NCBI RefSeq assembly: GCF_000018465.1
Contig: NC_010085.1
Location: 540,001 to 572,000, forward strand
Origin: Nitrosopumilus maritimus SCM1
Lineage (GTDB): Archaea; Thermoproteota; Nitrososphaeria; Nitrososphaerales; Nitrosopumilaceae
Reading direction: 5' to 3'
Length of the DNA: 32,000 nucleotides
Shown: in pieces, positions 17,301-25,998 of the stretch
Layout: each line of letters starts with the position of its first letter
Position numbering within the stretch: the stretch's first letter is position 1
The notes under the pieces: generated by a model
Told to the model about the DNA's origin: nothing
The model's input: the letters and a program-made list of their open reading frames with translations, nothing else
Databases searched by the model: none
Translations under genes and position numbers: made by a program

Positions 17301-17606
17301 GATGAAGCCTCTAATGTAAATCTCAAAGTATCTTCTGAGAGTGGTGTTTGTATAATTGGTCCTGATGCTGATTGTCTTGTTAGTGAATCCACTAGAAAAC
17401 CTGGACAAATTTATGATGTCGTTGAAGTAGATGGAATGAGTCTAAATGTAAGGTATAGTGGCCCTGATGTACGCCTAGAAAAATTCAGCATACTACCTGA
17501 ATCTTCTGAATCATTCTTGCCTGATTCTGATTGGAATGTAGAAATACTCAAAGATGAACAAGTATCCAGGTTCTATTACAAAGTAACTTACAAAACAATA
17601 GAGTAA
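14316..17606 (+). CDS. Large secreted/surface protein with N-terminal lamin-tail domain and repeated Ig/macroglobulin-like domains
   Basis: 1096 aa; signal peptide (HIVFFIFLLVGVIVPAYAQ); LTD pattern NVVINEVDINPPGDDSKSISEWVELYNPTDSEIDLSGWQI; repeated LxxDKxxYxxGexVxIxG units. Confidence 0.85.
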   Translation: MNQTLHIVFFIFLLVGVIVPAYAQTAENVVINEVDINPPGDDSKSISEWVELYNPTDSEIDLSGWQIASTTVLKKTMTIGSGTTIEPGQFLTFSYQSVWFTDINESVELRDENGIVIDKTPILSDIKNDFTSWQRIYDGYDLDNPDDWKFVTSTSGSTNGKLVQEQKQDEISLSLSSDKSFYLFGETAVIEGSVSKAVFVEKPFFQPEVITVKISGPNFDKTLTLYPDLNKNFKTTLGLQKVLGINEGDYTINASYAGSTVNTSFSVGYEITEEQVQQDSFLNLNTDKTQYIPGQMVSITGTATDIVEFQGMKFTVTNSEGTIVYNGNLFPVNGQFKTSIFLSTVNPVYGTYEIIGEYVDKSVITTFEVIEDAKETVPISLWTNKDVYGTGEVVTITGRLNDVWVASLDLEIVQTKNLALGTGSQLGGGNVLKILDVVRIDGDGKFKYSFTIPDVDTRLGDYKIKVSKDIGSAKKTVMVVKEPENFVPITDPLIVTTNKLVYDFTLDKELVIRGQIKNPVDRTSFETPTVLISFKDENGKPLSIIGVPEGVNQGAAGGTGSVTAKYQFTAIPESGGTFSVTADISRGIFSEGTYTITAQYLDLTSTTSFDIVDDLAGGGVVSLDKDVYGLGEQVVVSGIIPTSDRSVTISVTRPDGTKTTYGEAVDNQRFSWSWTTPVSERYQTLKSDGERGVTFSNFGIYKIKVAGDTYSKDLLFKVSTDPENDSLSATPLFITTDKSLYQAGDKLKVIGNVIPRDQGDEGLVVPDRVTIKVLDGTFPYKQIHEASVYPKQGGEFSSLFELPATIFSEGMYTVKAIYSTKQVTSTFSVANDFTFGIDEPVSLLASTDKSEYYPGDTVIISGKPNKLIYLEAYDVSIIKKSDTEITCGSFICGTHVGQVKSIRPSPSGSFTHEFPIKNTLSSIGTYEVTIDADFETKHIRFNVVEEPLAPKLETVIEKENRIPDKTISVSTPEKTVDDATFAPRVVSGSLLTPIKDEASNVNLKVSSESGVCIIGPDADCLVSESTRKPGQIYDVVEVDGMSLNVRYSGPDVRLEKFSILPESSESFLPDSDWNVEILKDEQVSRFYYKVTYKTIE

Positions 17607-17640
17607 GTTCAAAATACCATTTACTCTGAAATTATTTGAA

Positions 17641-18132
17641 ATGAAACTCCAAGTTTTGATGTTTTATCAAGATGATCCAAAAAAATGCACAGCTGCAAAA
17701 ATGGTAAAGTTTGGTCTTGCTCAAAGTATTAAAAAAATCGGAACTAAAGGATTAGTTTTAGATCCTTTCTCAAAAAATACTCTTATGTCTAAAGACAAAT
17801 CACTAATCAACTCTATTGTTGGAATTGATTGCTCTTGGAATCTAGCTGATCAAGCATTTTCAAAAAAATTTAATGGAATAAAACGAAAACTTCCACCATT
17901 ACTTGCAGGAAATCCTGTAAATTATGCAAAATTAAACAAATTAACCACTGTTGAAGCATTGGCTGCATCATTATTCATCTTGGGACAAAAAGAACAAGGT
18001 TTAGAACTACTTGAAAAATTCAAGTGGGGACATACTTTCTATGAATTAAATCAAAATTTATTTGATGAATATTTGAAATTAGAAAACGAAGAACAAATTG
18101 AATTAATTCTTAAAGATTATGGTTTACTCTGA
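17641..18132 (+). CDS. tsr3: Tsr3/DUF367-family rRNA aminocarboxypropyltransferase
   Basis: 163 aa; KCTAAKMVKFGLA, VLDPFSKNTLM, GIDCSWNLADQAF, KLPPLLAGNPVNYAKLNKLTTVEALAASLFILG. Confidence 0.93.
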   Translation: MKLQVLMFYQDDPKKCTAAKMVKFGLAQSIKKIGTKGLVLDPFSKNTLMSKDKSLINSIVGIDCSWNLADQAFSKKFNGIKRKLPPLLAGNPVNYAKLNKLTTVEALAASLFILGQKEQGLELLEKFKWGHTFYELNQNLFDEYLKLENEEQIELILKDYGLL

Positions 18133-20579
18133 CGTTTCTTTAACACAATGATGACCCCTACAATTATTACTATTGGAATTATCCAAATCTCATAACCTGT
18201 TTTGTTCTCAAAAAATTCTATATCTTCAGAAGAACTACTTGGTAACTCTGATTTCATTTCAGTTACAATGAAACTTGTTTCATAAAAATCTGGTTTGAGC
18301 ACTGAGTTTGATACTGCAAAAATCTTTACATTACCAGTTCCTGTTTGTAATTTTTCTGAATTTGTTGAATCTATGTTGATACTAATTTTCTCTCCTAGCA
18401 TATTCAATGATTGTGATGAAACCATTTCTCCTTGATTGTTTGTTAGAAAATATAAGATTGAATCTGTATTCTTAGCCTCGATTTTTATTGAAAATTCTTC
18501 ACCCTTCTTGATAATACTGTTCATTTCCATTCCTGTAATTATTGGAAATTTTGGATTTTCAAATTCAGACCAACTTCCAATCTTAAATGGATACATATCA
18601 TTTTCAAATGCACTTATTGTAATTGTTCGTGATTCTGGTGCATATGATTCTAGATAAAATGGCCCATTACTAATTACTGCATGATTGTTTTCTTCAATCC
18701 ATTTTATAGATGAATCAAATCTTTCTTGGAAATACTTTGATTCTGAGTTATTTTTCTCTAGTGAAACGGGTATGTGATTTGAATCTCTGAATTCTTGCAA
18801 ATACTCTTTGATAAGATTTGCATCATTTGGAATAATTAACGATAACCAATTCACATTCTTGCTTGTTGCTCCTGATCTAGAAAATGATACTTTGCCGTCT
18901 TGAACTGCTTTTTCCATTGCTGCAGATATTTCCCAAGGCATTGTATTCCAAATAACTGCCCAATCAGCTATCTCTCCTTCATCAAAATGCCAATAATCCA
19001 CATAAACTTCAATGGTATCCTCATCGATTTGGTTTACCCCAATTATTGTTTGAATATTTTGAGCAGCTCTAGGGGTAAATTCTGCATCAAACGTTTTATC
19101 ATTTTCGTCTGTTTGTGTTCCCCATTCAATTGTAAAATATAGAGAATGCATAATGTCATTCATGTCGATTTTTTGACCATTATGCCAATTACCAAAATTA
19201 AAATCAAAAACAATTTTGCTTTTAGCTACTGTATTTGGTTTGATGTTTTCCCATTGTTGTACTACTGGATTCCAGATTATTGCATCTGTTGGAACTGTTA
19301 GATTTCCATTTGGACCAGCAGTTTCTATCTGCCAATTTGTTCTAATTGGAAATGTTTCTCCTGTAAATGGATGTTTGAATGTTCCAGGATCTGACACCAC
19401 TCCCCAAATATGTCTGCTATAACTATCAGTCAAACCCATGATTGGATTCCATGCACCTTGATAGATTTGCTTGACTCCAATTACTAGTTCATCATTTTGA
19501 CTTTGTGCATTTATTGGTGTGAATCTACTTGGCACTCCTGCTCCAAAGTCATTAACTACCCCACTTACTTTCTCATTTACAACATATTGATCAATTTTAC
19601 TTGCCAAAAAAATTCTCACAGATTCATTAATTCCCTCAACTACTGCATCTTGAATCAACACTGATCTATCCTCCGAAGTTTGAAAATCTCCTGTGTAGAT
19701 TTTTTGAGTTATTTCGTCCATCTTTACATTTTCATAATTCCAATAGGATGGATCGTTAAAACCTGGCATGTTTGAAAACCATGGTGAATACATTTGACTT
19801 AGTCCTACTGAATCATATCTTACAAATGCTGAACGTGCCCATCCTTCAGTATACAAACTCCATTTCAAATCTGATGGATTTGAACCATATACTACAACAA
19901 ATGCCTTATTCAAATCCCCAAAATCTTTCTTTACTGAAAATCCAACCTTCTCTAATTCTATTGCTAAAATCTCTCCAATTGATTTTCTAACTGGATCATC
20001 ACTTCTGATAAACATCCTAATTTCAATTGGAGACTCATCCATGTACCATCTTTCATCAATTTTCACTGCTCCTTTTTCTTTTAGAGCACTTGTGATAATT
20101 TCTTGAGCCAGTGTAGGGTTGTATTTGAAATTAAATCTCTCCAATTCTTCCAAAATTGTTAGATATTCTGGGTCTGAAGGTCCGTAATAGGAAATTATTG
20201 GTGAACCATATCCTCCCATCAATTCATTCACAATCAATTTTCTGTCTACCAAATAGTTTAGAGCAAACCTGATTTCTTTAATTGAAAACGGATTAAATTT
20301 TTCTGCTTCTGCAGGATTGACTAGAATACTATATGACCCGCCTGTAGAATCAAAAACATGCAATCCTTCTCTATCTTGATTGTTTTCCAGTCTATCTGAA
20401 GATATTCTGTAATAATACATGTCAAGGTTGCCATTTCGAACTTCTTCTAACGCAGTATTCTCATCTAAATATTGGATAAATTTTACAGAATCTACAAATA
20501 CATTTTTTTCTGCAAATACTTGATTTGTTCCAACAATAACTATTGAAAGAGCTAGTATGACAACTAGCATATTTTTCAT
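18117..20579 (-). CDS. ABC transporter family 5-type (peptide/nickel-like) substrate-binding protein with C-terminal membrane anchor
   Basis: 820 aa; signal peptide; FNPFSIKEIRFALNYLVDRKLIVNELMGG motif; C-terminal helix IWIIPIVIIVGVIIVLKKR. Confidence 0.85.
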   Translation of the reverse strand: MKNMLVVILALSIVIVGTNQVFAEKNVFVDSVKFIQYLDENTALEEVRNGNLDMYYYRISSDRLENNQDREGLHVFDSTGGSYSILVNPAEAEKFNPFSIKEIRFALNYLVDRKLIVNELMGGYGSPIISYYGPSDPEYLTILEELERFNFKYNPTLAQEIITSALKEKGAVKIDERWYMDESPIEIRMFIRSDDPVRKSIGEILAIELEKVGFSVKKDFGDLNKAFVVVYGSNPSDLKWSLYTEGWARSAFVRYDSVGLSQMYSPWFSNMPGFNDPSYWNYENVKMDEITQKIYTGDFQTSEDRSVLIQDAVVEGINESVRIFLASKIDQYVVNEKVSGVVNDFGAGVPSRFTPINAQSQNDELVIGVKQIYQGAWNPIMGLTDSYSRHIWGVVSDPGTFKHPFTGETFPIRTNWQIETAGPNGNLTVPTDAIIWNPVVQQWENIKPNTVAKSKIVFDFNFGNWHNGQKIDMNDIMHSLYFTIEWGTQTDENDKTFDAEFTPRAAQNIQTIIGVNQIDEDTIEVYVDYWHFDEGEIADWAVIWNTMPWEISAAMEKAVQDGKVSFSRSGATSKNVNWLSLIIPNDANLIKEYLQEFRDSNHIPVSLEKNNSESKYFQERFDSSIKWIEENNHAVISNGPFYLESYAPESRTITISAFENDMYPFKIGSWSEFENPKFPIITGMEMNSIIKKGEEFSIKIEAKNTDSILYFLTNNQGEMVSSQSLNMLGEKISINIDSTNSEKLQTGTGNVKIFAVSNSVLKPDFYETSFIVTEMKSELPSSSSEDIEFFENKTGYEIWIIPIVIIVGVIIVLKKRQSKP

Positions 20580-20658
20580 ATCAATAATTTAAGAGGCTCA
20601 TAATAAAACCTATATCATAATACCCTGTTCTTTATTTCTTAAAACCTAAATTCCTTTC

Positions 20659-21312
20659 ATGATTCATGAATTTAAATTGAAAATTAATCCAAAAATGATT
20701 ACTGGGCTAAAAGGAATAATTATTGGTGGTGTTTCTCCAAAAGATTTTTCAGCTGTAACTAAAATAAGCGAAGATGAATCAAAATCAATTTTAGATGAAT
20801 TTATCAAAAACAACATTGGAACAAAACAGGATAGTTTTTACTATTTTGAAGAAGGGGACAAACTAAAGATAGCAATATCTTTACTTGAAAAGGGATTTCC
20901 AGTAGATGAGATATCTATTGCTCTAGATTGGAAAGATTTTGAAGGATTAACTGCAGAAATACTTTCTTCCAAAAATTTTGCTGTAATGAGAAACATGATT
21001 TTAACAAAACCTCGAATGGAAATTGATGTAGTTGGAGTTAGATTGGGTGTTGCGATACTAATTGATTGCAAACACTGGAAGCGTTATAGTGTATCCTCAC
21101 TTTCATCTGTCGTTAAAAAACAAATTGAGAGAACAAGGCAATATGTGGCAAAAACAGAAGGTGCCATTGCAGTTCCTGTCATTGTTACTTTGTATCAAGA
21201 TAAAGTTGATTTTATTGAAAATGTGCCTATTGTACCAATATTTCAATTCTCATCATTTGTTGATGAATTTTATGGAAATATTGATCAGATGAAAACTATA
21301 GAAAAAGACTAG
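20659..21312 (+). CDS. Mrr-like restriction endonuclease-fold protein
   Basis: 217 aa; MEIDVVGVRLGVAILIDCKHWKR...SSVVKKQIERTRQY resembles the D-(x)n-[DE]xK PD-(D/E)xK core, with DCK instead of ExK. Confidence 0.7.
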   Translation: MIHEFKLKINPKMITGLKGIIIGGVSPKDFSAVTKISEDESKSILDEFIKNNIGTKQDSFYYFEEGDKLKIAISLLEKGFPVDEISIALDWKDFEGLTAEILSSKNFAVMRNMILTKPRMEIDVVGVRLGVAILIDCKHWKRYSVSSLSSVVKKQIERTRQYVAKTEGAIAVPVIVTLYQDKVDFIENVPIVPIFQFSSFVDEFYGNIDQMKTIEKD

Positions 21313-23041
21313 TTATGAAGAATATTACTCCTCCAATTAGAAACCCTTTAGTGATTTTTAATGAGTTATCTAATGCCTTTGAATAATCTTCATAGATCCC
21401 TTGTCCCATCACTTTAACTTCTGTTTCATTTTCTAAAATCTCAAACTTTGCAGTTGATGTGTTAGATTCAGCATTGCTTGCAATCTCCAAAAACCATTTT
21501 GCAAGTTTATCTGCACTGGTAATCAATCCTAATTGGTAGTATCCATTTCTATTTCTGGCTTTCACTGGTGCATAATGAGTATCTGATGTGCAAATCTCAA
21601 GTAGTTGAAGGTCTTTTCTTGCAAACAAATCTATGATCTTCTCTCTAACTCCATTTTCCATATTATTTGCATCTGCCCATCCAAGAAAGTATTTTTTTTC
21701 ATTGATTTTGAGACATACTATTCCTAGTCCACCCATTCCCAAGTCTTCAGTCCAAACATCCATGTCATCTGAATTTGCATATCCAAATTCAATTGGGAAA
21801 CTATCTTTTGTGATTAGAGTGTCTAGACAGGATTTGGCAGCTTTTAGCATATCTTCCCCATCTTCACTTGAAATTTCTTCTCCCATTGCATTGTGACAAT
21901 CAACAATTAGCGGTTTTGAATAATTTCGGTTTTTAGCATATTGCTCAATATCATTTTTCATGTAGTTTGGAATGTCTTCCATTCCATGTGGTGACAGTGA
22001 CAAGAACAGTAATGGGTTTTTTCCAAAAAGCAATCCAATCACTCTTGCTTTGTTGATTTGGACTGTTACTGGTTCTGTACACTGCAATCCTTCTTCTTTG
22101 ACTTTGCTGTTTTCTAGATTCTTTAGATAATTTTCAACTTCATTTTTTGATGGAAGATTGAGTGCATGGTCTGATATACTGTGCATCACCATGGCTGATG
22201 ATGACAAATTTTTGTAAATCAAATATGGTATGTTGCTACCCCCTACTGGATGATATGGACCTGGATGAATTTCAGGTAGAACCATTCTGAATTCTTTACC
22301 TCCGTCATTAGCTGACAATCTTATTTGTGAAGTTGCAACCTTGGTTTCACTAGAGCGCTCTTCCATGATTTCTTCTGCTTCTGTATGATCATTTTTTTGT
22401 GATGCAAGATATGCTTGAATTGTTTTATGAGTACTTTCCATTCCTGGTCTTCCTGCTCTGTCTGTAAGTACTGACCACACACTAGCAATTATCATAAATG
22501 AAATCCCGTAAAACAATGTCATTGGGTCACTGAACATTGGACTCCACAAATGTTGTGGGATTAAAACTGCAAACATTGCTAATGGTTGAACAAAACAAAT
22601 CGCCCATGCTTTCTTGAGACTTACTCCAAGCGTTGTAGTGTAAATCCCAATTCTAAAACTTGCAAAGAGAAACATTCCAAAAGTTACAAAGAACAATGAT
22701 GTTTCTTTAGATAAGACAAAACTTGCTAGTAATCCTAACAATACTGTTGCAGCCCATAACATATTTGCAAATAATGAGGAATGTAATGACTTTGAGTATT
22801 CTTTTTTCTTTGTGAATCGTGTATCAAGTAATTGTGTTAAGAAAAGTACTGTCATGACTGCAGGTACAATATACCATGCTTCTTCAATACTACTGTCCAA
22901 ATACCCCAAGAGTGTTGCAAGTGAAATTATTGCGGCCACTCCCAGTGATACCACTAGTGAAAAGTAATGTGATGATGGATTTACTAGGGTAAGGGAAAAC
23001 CTATTGTGAATATTTGAAACATCGTCTGATTCTTTTTCCAT
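21296..23041 (-). CDS. DUF2070 family membrane protein
   Basis: 581 aa; multiple TM helices in the N-terminal half, then EIHPGPYHPVGGSNIPY and LIVDCHNAMGEEI. Confidence 0.88.
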   Translation of the reverse strand: MEKESDDVSNIHNRFSLTLVNPSSHYFSLVVSLGVAAIISLATLLGYLDSSIEEAWYIVPAVMTVLFLTQLLDTRFTKKKEYSKSLHSSLFANMLWAATVLLGLLASFVLSKETSLFFVTFGMFLFASFRIGIYTTTLGVSLKKAWAICFVQPLAMFAVLIPQHLWSPMFSDPMTLFYGISFMIIASVWSVLTDRAGRPGMESTHKTIQAYLASQKNDHTEAEEIMEERSSETKVATSQIRLSANDGGKEFRMVLPEIHPGPYHPVGGSNIPYLIYKNLSSSAMVMHSISDHALNLPSKNEVENYLKNLENSKVKEEGLQCTEPVTVQINKARVIGLLFGKNPLLFLSLSPHGMEDIPNYMKNDIEQYAKNRNYSKPLIVDCHNAMGEEISSEDGEDMLKAAKSCLDTLITKDSFPIEFGYANSDDMDVWTEDLGMGGLGIVCLKINEKKYFLGWADANNMENGVREKIIDLFARKDLQLLEICTSDTHYAPVKARNRNGYYQLGLITSADKLAKWFLEIASNAESNTSTAKFEILENETEVKVMGQGIYEDYSKALDNSLKITKGFLIGGVIFFITSLFL

Positions 23042-23048
23042 TTCTTAT

Positions 23049-23213
23049 TCAGGGAGCTAAAAAGATATCGATTGCCCATGATATGGAAATTAAACTAATA
23101 GGAATTGATACTACGATTCTTGGATCTATCTTGAATCCTTTTGTCTCATCTTCAAAGAACCTCATGAGACCTCCACTTGATGCTGGAAGTGGTGCTGATT
23201 TCTTATCTGCCAT
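23049..23213 (-). CDS. secG: Preprotein translocase subunit Sec61-beta / SecG (archaeal)
   Basis: 54 aa ORF absent from the provided track. Manual reverse-complement translation gives MADKKSAPLPASSGGLMRFFEDETKGFKIDPRIVVSIPISLIISISWAIDIFLAP*, with the typical APLPxSxxGLxRFFEDETKGxKIDPxxV motif and a C-terminal TM helix. Confidence 0.95.
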   Translation of the reverse strand: MADKKSAPLPASSGGLMRFFEDETKGFKIDPRIVVSIPISLISISWAIDIFLAP

Positions 23214-23247
23214 TTAACTCGAAAACAAGGATTTTGACATAAAAACT

Positions 23248-23577
23248 TTATTGTTTGTTTTTGATCTTATCCATTGCCTCTAGTAGGGAATTAATCGAAT
23301 TTAGTATCTCCTGCTGCTTTGTATGATCCTTTTCTTCTTCCAACTCTTTTGACAAAACTGCAAGTTTTTTTTCTAGTGTCTCCGACAGTGATGATTTAAT
23401 CTCCTTTTGGTTCACTACTGGAATCTCTTTTTTCTCAGGCTCTCTGCCACAGCTTATACATAATGCATGCCCGTCTTTCATCACTCTTACTCCTTTGCAG
23501 TATGGACATGGTTCACTGAGTAACGTTGCCCCTTGTAGTAACATTTCTGCTGCTTTTTTTGTAAGATCTTTTGACAC
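23248..23577 (-). CDS. UPF0148 / Sjogren-scleroderma autoantigen p27-like zinc-ribbon protein
   Basis: 109 aa; KKAAEMLLQGATLLSEPCPYCKGVRVMKDGHALCISCGRE. Confidence 0.88.
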   Translation of the reverse strand: MSKDLTKKAAEMLLQGATLLSEPCPYCKGVRVMKDGHALCISCGREPEKKEIPVVNQKEIKSSLSETLEKKLAVLSKELEEEKDHTKQQEILNSINSLLEAMDKIKNKQ

Positions 23578-23678
23578 TATTTTTCTTGAATTTTCTATCT
23601 AAAAAATCCAATTATTTTCAAAAATATTGTATTTCAAACAAGGCTTAATAGTGCGTATAATTGAATTTATTCGAACGA

Positions 23679-23987
23679 ATGGCAGTAATTTGTAATACTT
23701 GTGGTCTTCCTGAAGACTTGTGTGCATGCGGTGAACTTGCCAAAGATAGCACCAAAATTATAATTCGATTAGAAACAAGACGGTTTAAGAAAAAAGGTAC
23801 TATGATTGAAGGCTTGGATCCTAAACTAAATAATTTAGAAACTGTTGCAAAGGAACTAAAAAGCAAGTATGCGTGTGGTGGAACTGCCAAAGAAGGCTAC
23901 ATTTTCTTGCAAGGTGATCATCGTGACACCATCAAAGATACTCTAACTGATCTAGGCTTTGCTGAAGAAAGTATCGAGTTACACTAA
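23679..23987 (+). CDS. Translation initiation factor eIF1 / SUI1 family
   Basis: MAVICNTCGLPEDLCACGELAKDSTKIIIRLETRRFKKKGTMIEGLD...ACGGTAKEGYIFLQGDHRDTI. The ATG at 23679 is preferred over the TTG at 23661 given in the track. Confidence 0.93.
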   Translation: MAVICNTCGLPEDLCACGELAKDSTKIIIRLETRRFKKKGTMIEGLDPKLNNLETVAKELKSKYACGGTAKEGYIFLQGDHRDTIKDTLTDLGFAEESIELH

Positions 23988-23993
23988 AACAAA

Positions 23994-24983
23994 TTGCAAA
24001 ATCAAAATAAATTACTTCAAGCTGTTGGTATTCCTTTTACTGCATTACTTTCTGTAATCTTTGGATTACTTTTGGTCTCTTTTCCAATTGGCATCTTTGT
24101 TGTTTTTGAAAGCGATATTGGTGGTGATATCAATTATGACTTTCCAATAACTCATTTGGTATTATTTGAAGGAACTTCAGTATATCAAACTGCATCTGAT
24201 GTTAGCATTGGTGATGTCTTTGTTGGTTTGTGGGTATTTTATGTTGTCTTGTTTGTAATTGCTATCTTGGGTCCTAAAACTGGATTTCTAAAATCATTTA
24301 CCTCTATCATATCTTTTGGAAAATACGATTCAACCTCAAACTATATGGTTGGTGTTACAAAATGGCTATCTATTCTAGTTTTAGTTTCTGTATTGATTAA
24401 TTTTGTACAGGAACAATTTGGAATTGTAACCGTTCCTCCTCTTGACGACAATGACTTGATACAATTTTTTTATGTGTCCCTTGCACCTTTAATTGAAGAG
24501 ATTGGATTCCGTTTAATTCTGATTGGAATTCCACTATTTGCGCTTTATTCTAGAAGAACCTCTGTAAAATATTTTTTCAAATGTTTGTGGTCTCCTAGAA
24601 ATCTTGACATTTATGATTCAAAAAAGGCAATTTTACTGATTGTTTTTGTTGGTATTTTGTTTGGGTTTGCCCATATTGCATTTGCAGAATCATGGACTGA
24701 AGGAAAATTTGCTCAAGCTGCTGCTGGGGGAATTATTTTAGGATGGGTCTATCTTAGATTTGGATTTGTTGCATCTTTGTTGATTCATTGGGCAACAAAC
24801 TATTTCATATTCTCTTACGCAACTTTTCTATCTCAGATAAATTCAATATCTATTGAAAGCGCATTTTCACATTCATTGATGTCTACTTTGGAATTGTTAC
24901 TTTTAGCATCTGGAATATTGTCTGTGGGAATGTTGTTCTTACATAGGTATTGTTCTAAAAAGGAATCTTCTCTAGAGGTTTAA
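23994..24983 (+). CDS. CPBP (CAAX/Abi) family intramembrane metalloprotease
   Basis: 329 aa; LAPLIEEIGFR, FGFAHIAFA, LRFGFVASLLIHWATNY; multiple TM helices. Confidence 0.9.
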   Translation: MQNQNKLLQAVGIPFTALLSVIFGLLLVSFPIGIFVVFESDIGGDINYDFPITHLVLFEGTSVYQTASDVSIGDVFVGLWVFYVVLFVIAILGPKTGFLKSFTSIISFGKYDSTSNYMVGVTKWLSILVLVSVLINFVQEQFGIVTVPPLDDNDLIQFFYVSLAPLIEEIGFRLILIGIPLFALYSRRTSVKYFFKCLWSPRNLDIYDSKKAILLIVFVGILFGFAHIAFAESWTEGKFAQAAAGGIILGWVYLRFGFVASLLIHWATNYFIFSYATFLSQINSISIESAFSHSLMSTLELLLLASGILSVGMLFLHRYCSKKESSLEV

Positions 24984-25895
24984 TGCTACTTTTAGGCCTT
25001 TGTACCTGTTTCTGATGGTCACTTCAGTGACTCCTGCAGCTTCTGCTACATCTCGCTGTGTTTTATTTTCTCCATTTGTTACACATGCAACATAGAGTGC
25101 AGCAGCTGCTAATCCCATTGGGTCTTTACCTGCTGAAATTTTATTTTCTTCTGCAGTTTGCAAAATCTTTGTTGCTTTTCTTTTTGTTTTCTCTGATAAA
25201 CCAGCTTTGCTTGCAATTCTTGAAATACATTTGATTGGGTCTACTACTGGCATCTTCAAATTTAATTCTCTTAACAATAATCTATAACATCTTGCAATGT
25301 CTTTTCTTTTGATGTTACTTGCTTGTCCAATATCTTTTAGTGTTCTTGGGGTTTCAGTGTCTCGACATGCAGCATAAAGTGCTGATGCAATTAAAGCTGA
25401 AATGGAACGTCCTCTAACTAGTCCTTTCTCTAATGCTTTTCTGTAAATGTAAGCTGCTTTTTCAATAACTGCATCACCTACTGCTAATTTGTCTTTGAGT
25501 CTATCTAATTCACTAAATGCTTGTCTAAAGTTTCTGTCAACTGGTTCATGAACTTGACTTCTACTATCCCAAGTTCTTAATCTCTCAATAGTACTTTTCA
25601 TTGAAGCTGTTAATGGTTTTCCAGTTGCATCTCTGTTTTGAGGATTGATTACAGTAGCTAATCCCATATCGTGCATTGCAAGTGATGTTGGAACTCCTGC
25701 TCTGCTTTTGTTTTCACCTTCATTTGAAAAGGATCTCCATTCCGGACCTGACTCTTCAACTTTTTCAGTAATTACAAATCCACATGCTCCGCAAAAATTC
25801 TCTCCAGTGTTTGGATCAGTAACTAGTGTGCCTTTTCCACACCTTGGACATTTGTATTTTTGATTTTCTCCTTTAACCATTTTTATATCTCCCAA
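24972..25895 (-). CDS. tfb: Transcription initiation factor IIB (TFB)
   Basis: 307 aa; zinc ribbon CPRCGKGTLVTDPNTGENFCGACG, FSNEGENKSRAGVPTS, two cyclin-like repeats. Confidence 0.97.
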   Translation of the reverse strand: MGDIKMVKGENQKYKCPRCGKGTLVTDPNTGENFCGACGFVITEKVEESGPEWRSFSNEGENKSRAGVPTSLAMHDMGLATVINPQNRDATGKPLTASMKSTIERLRTWDSRSQVHEPVDRNFRQAFSELDRLKDKLAVGDAVIEKAAYIYRKALEKGLVRGRSISALIASALYAACRDTETPRTLKDIGQASNIKRKDIARCYRLLLRELNLKMPVVDPIKCISRIASKAGLSEKTKRKATKILQTAEENKISAGKDPMGLAAAALYVACVTNGENKTQRDVAEAAGVTEVTIRNRYKGLKVALNL

Positions 25896-25998
25896 ATCGT
25901 TTTATGATAATATTTAACATTTTCTAAACCATCACTTATAAGTCTGTTGGTGATCGTACATAAAAAATGACAATTTTTTGAGTATTTTTTTAATTTTT

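Noticed and set aside
16851-17392. Minus-strand ORFs 16851..17051 and 17048..17392
   Set aside because: Antisense to the continuous LTD/Ig-like coding sequence; Ser/Thr-rich composition typical of antisense frames.
23014-23217. 67-aa plus-strand ORF
   Set aside because: Antisense to the Sec61-beta gene, whose minus-strand translation is a clear family match.
23661-23678. Upstream TTG start (MNLFER) for the SUI1-family gene
   Set aside because: The ATG at 23679 (MAVICNTCG) matches the usual N-terminus of this family better.
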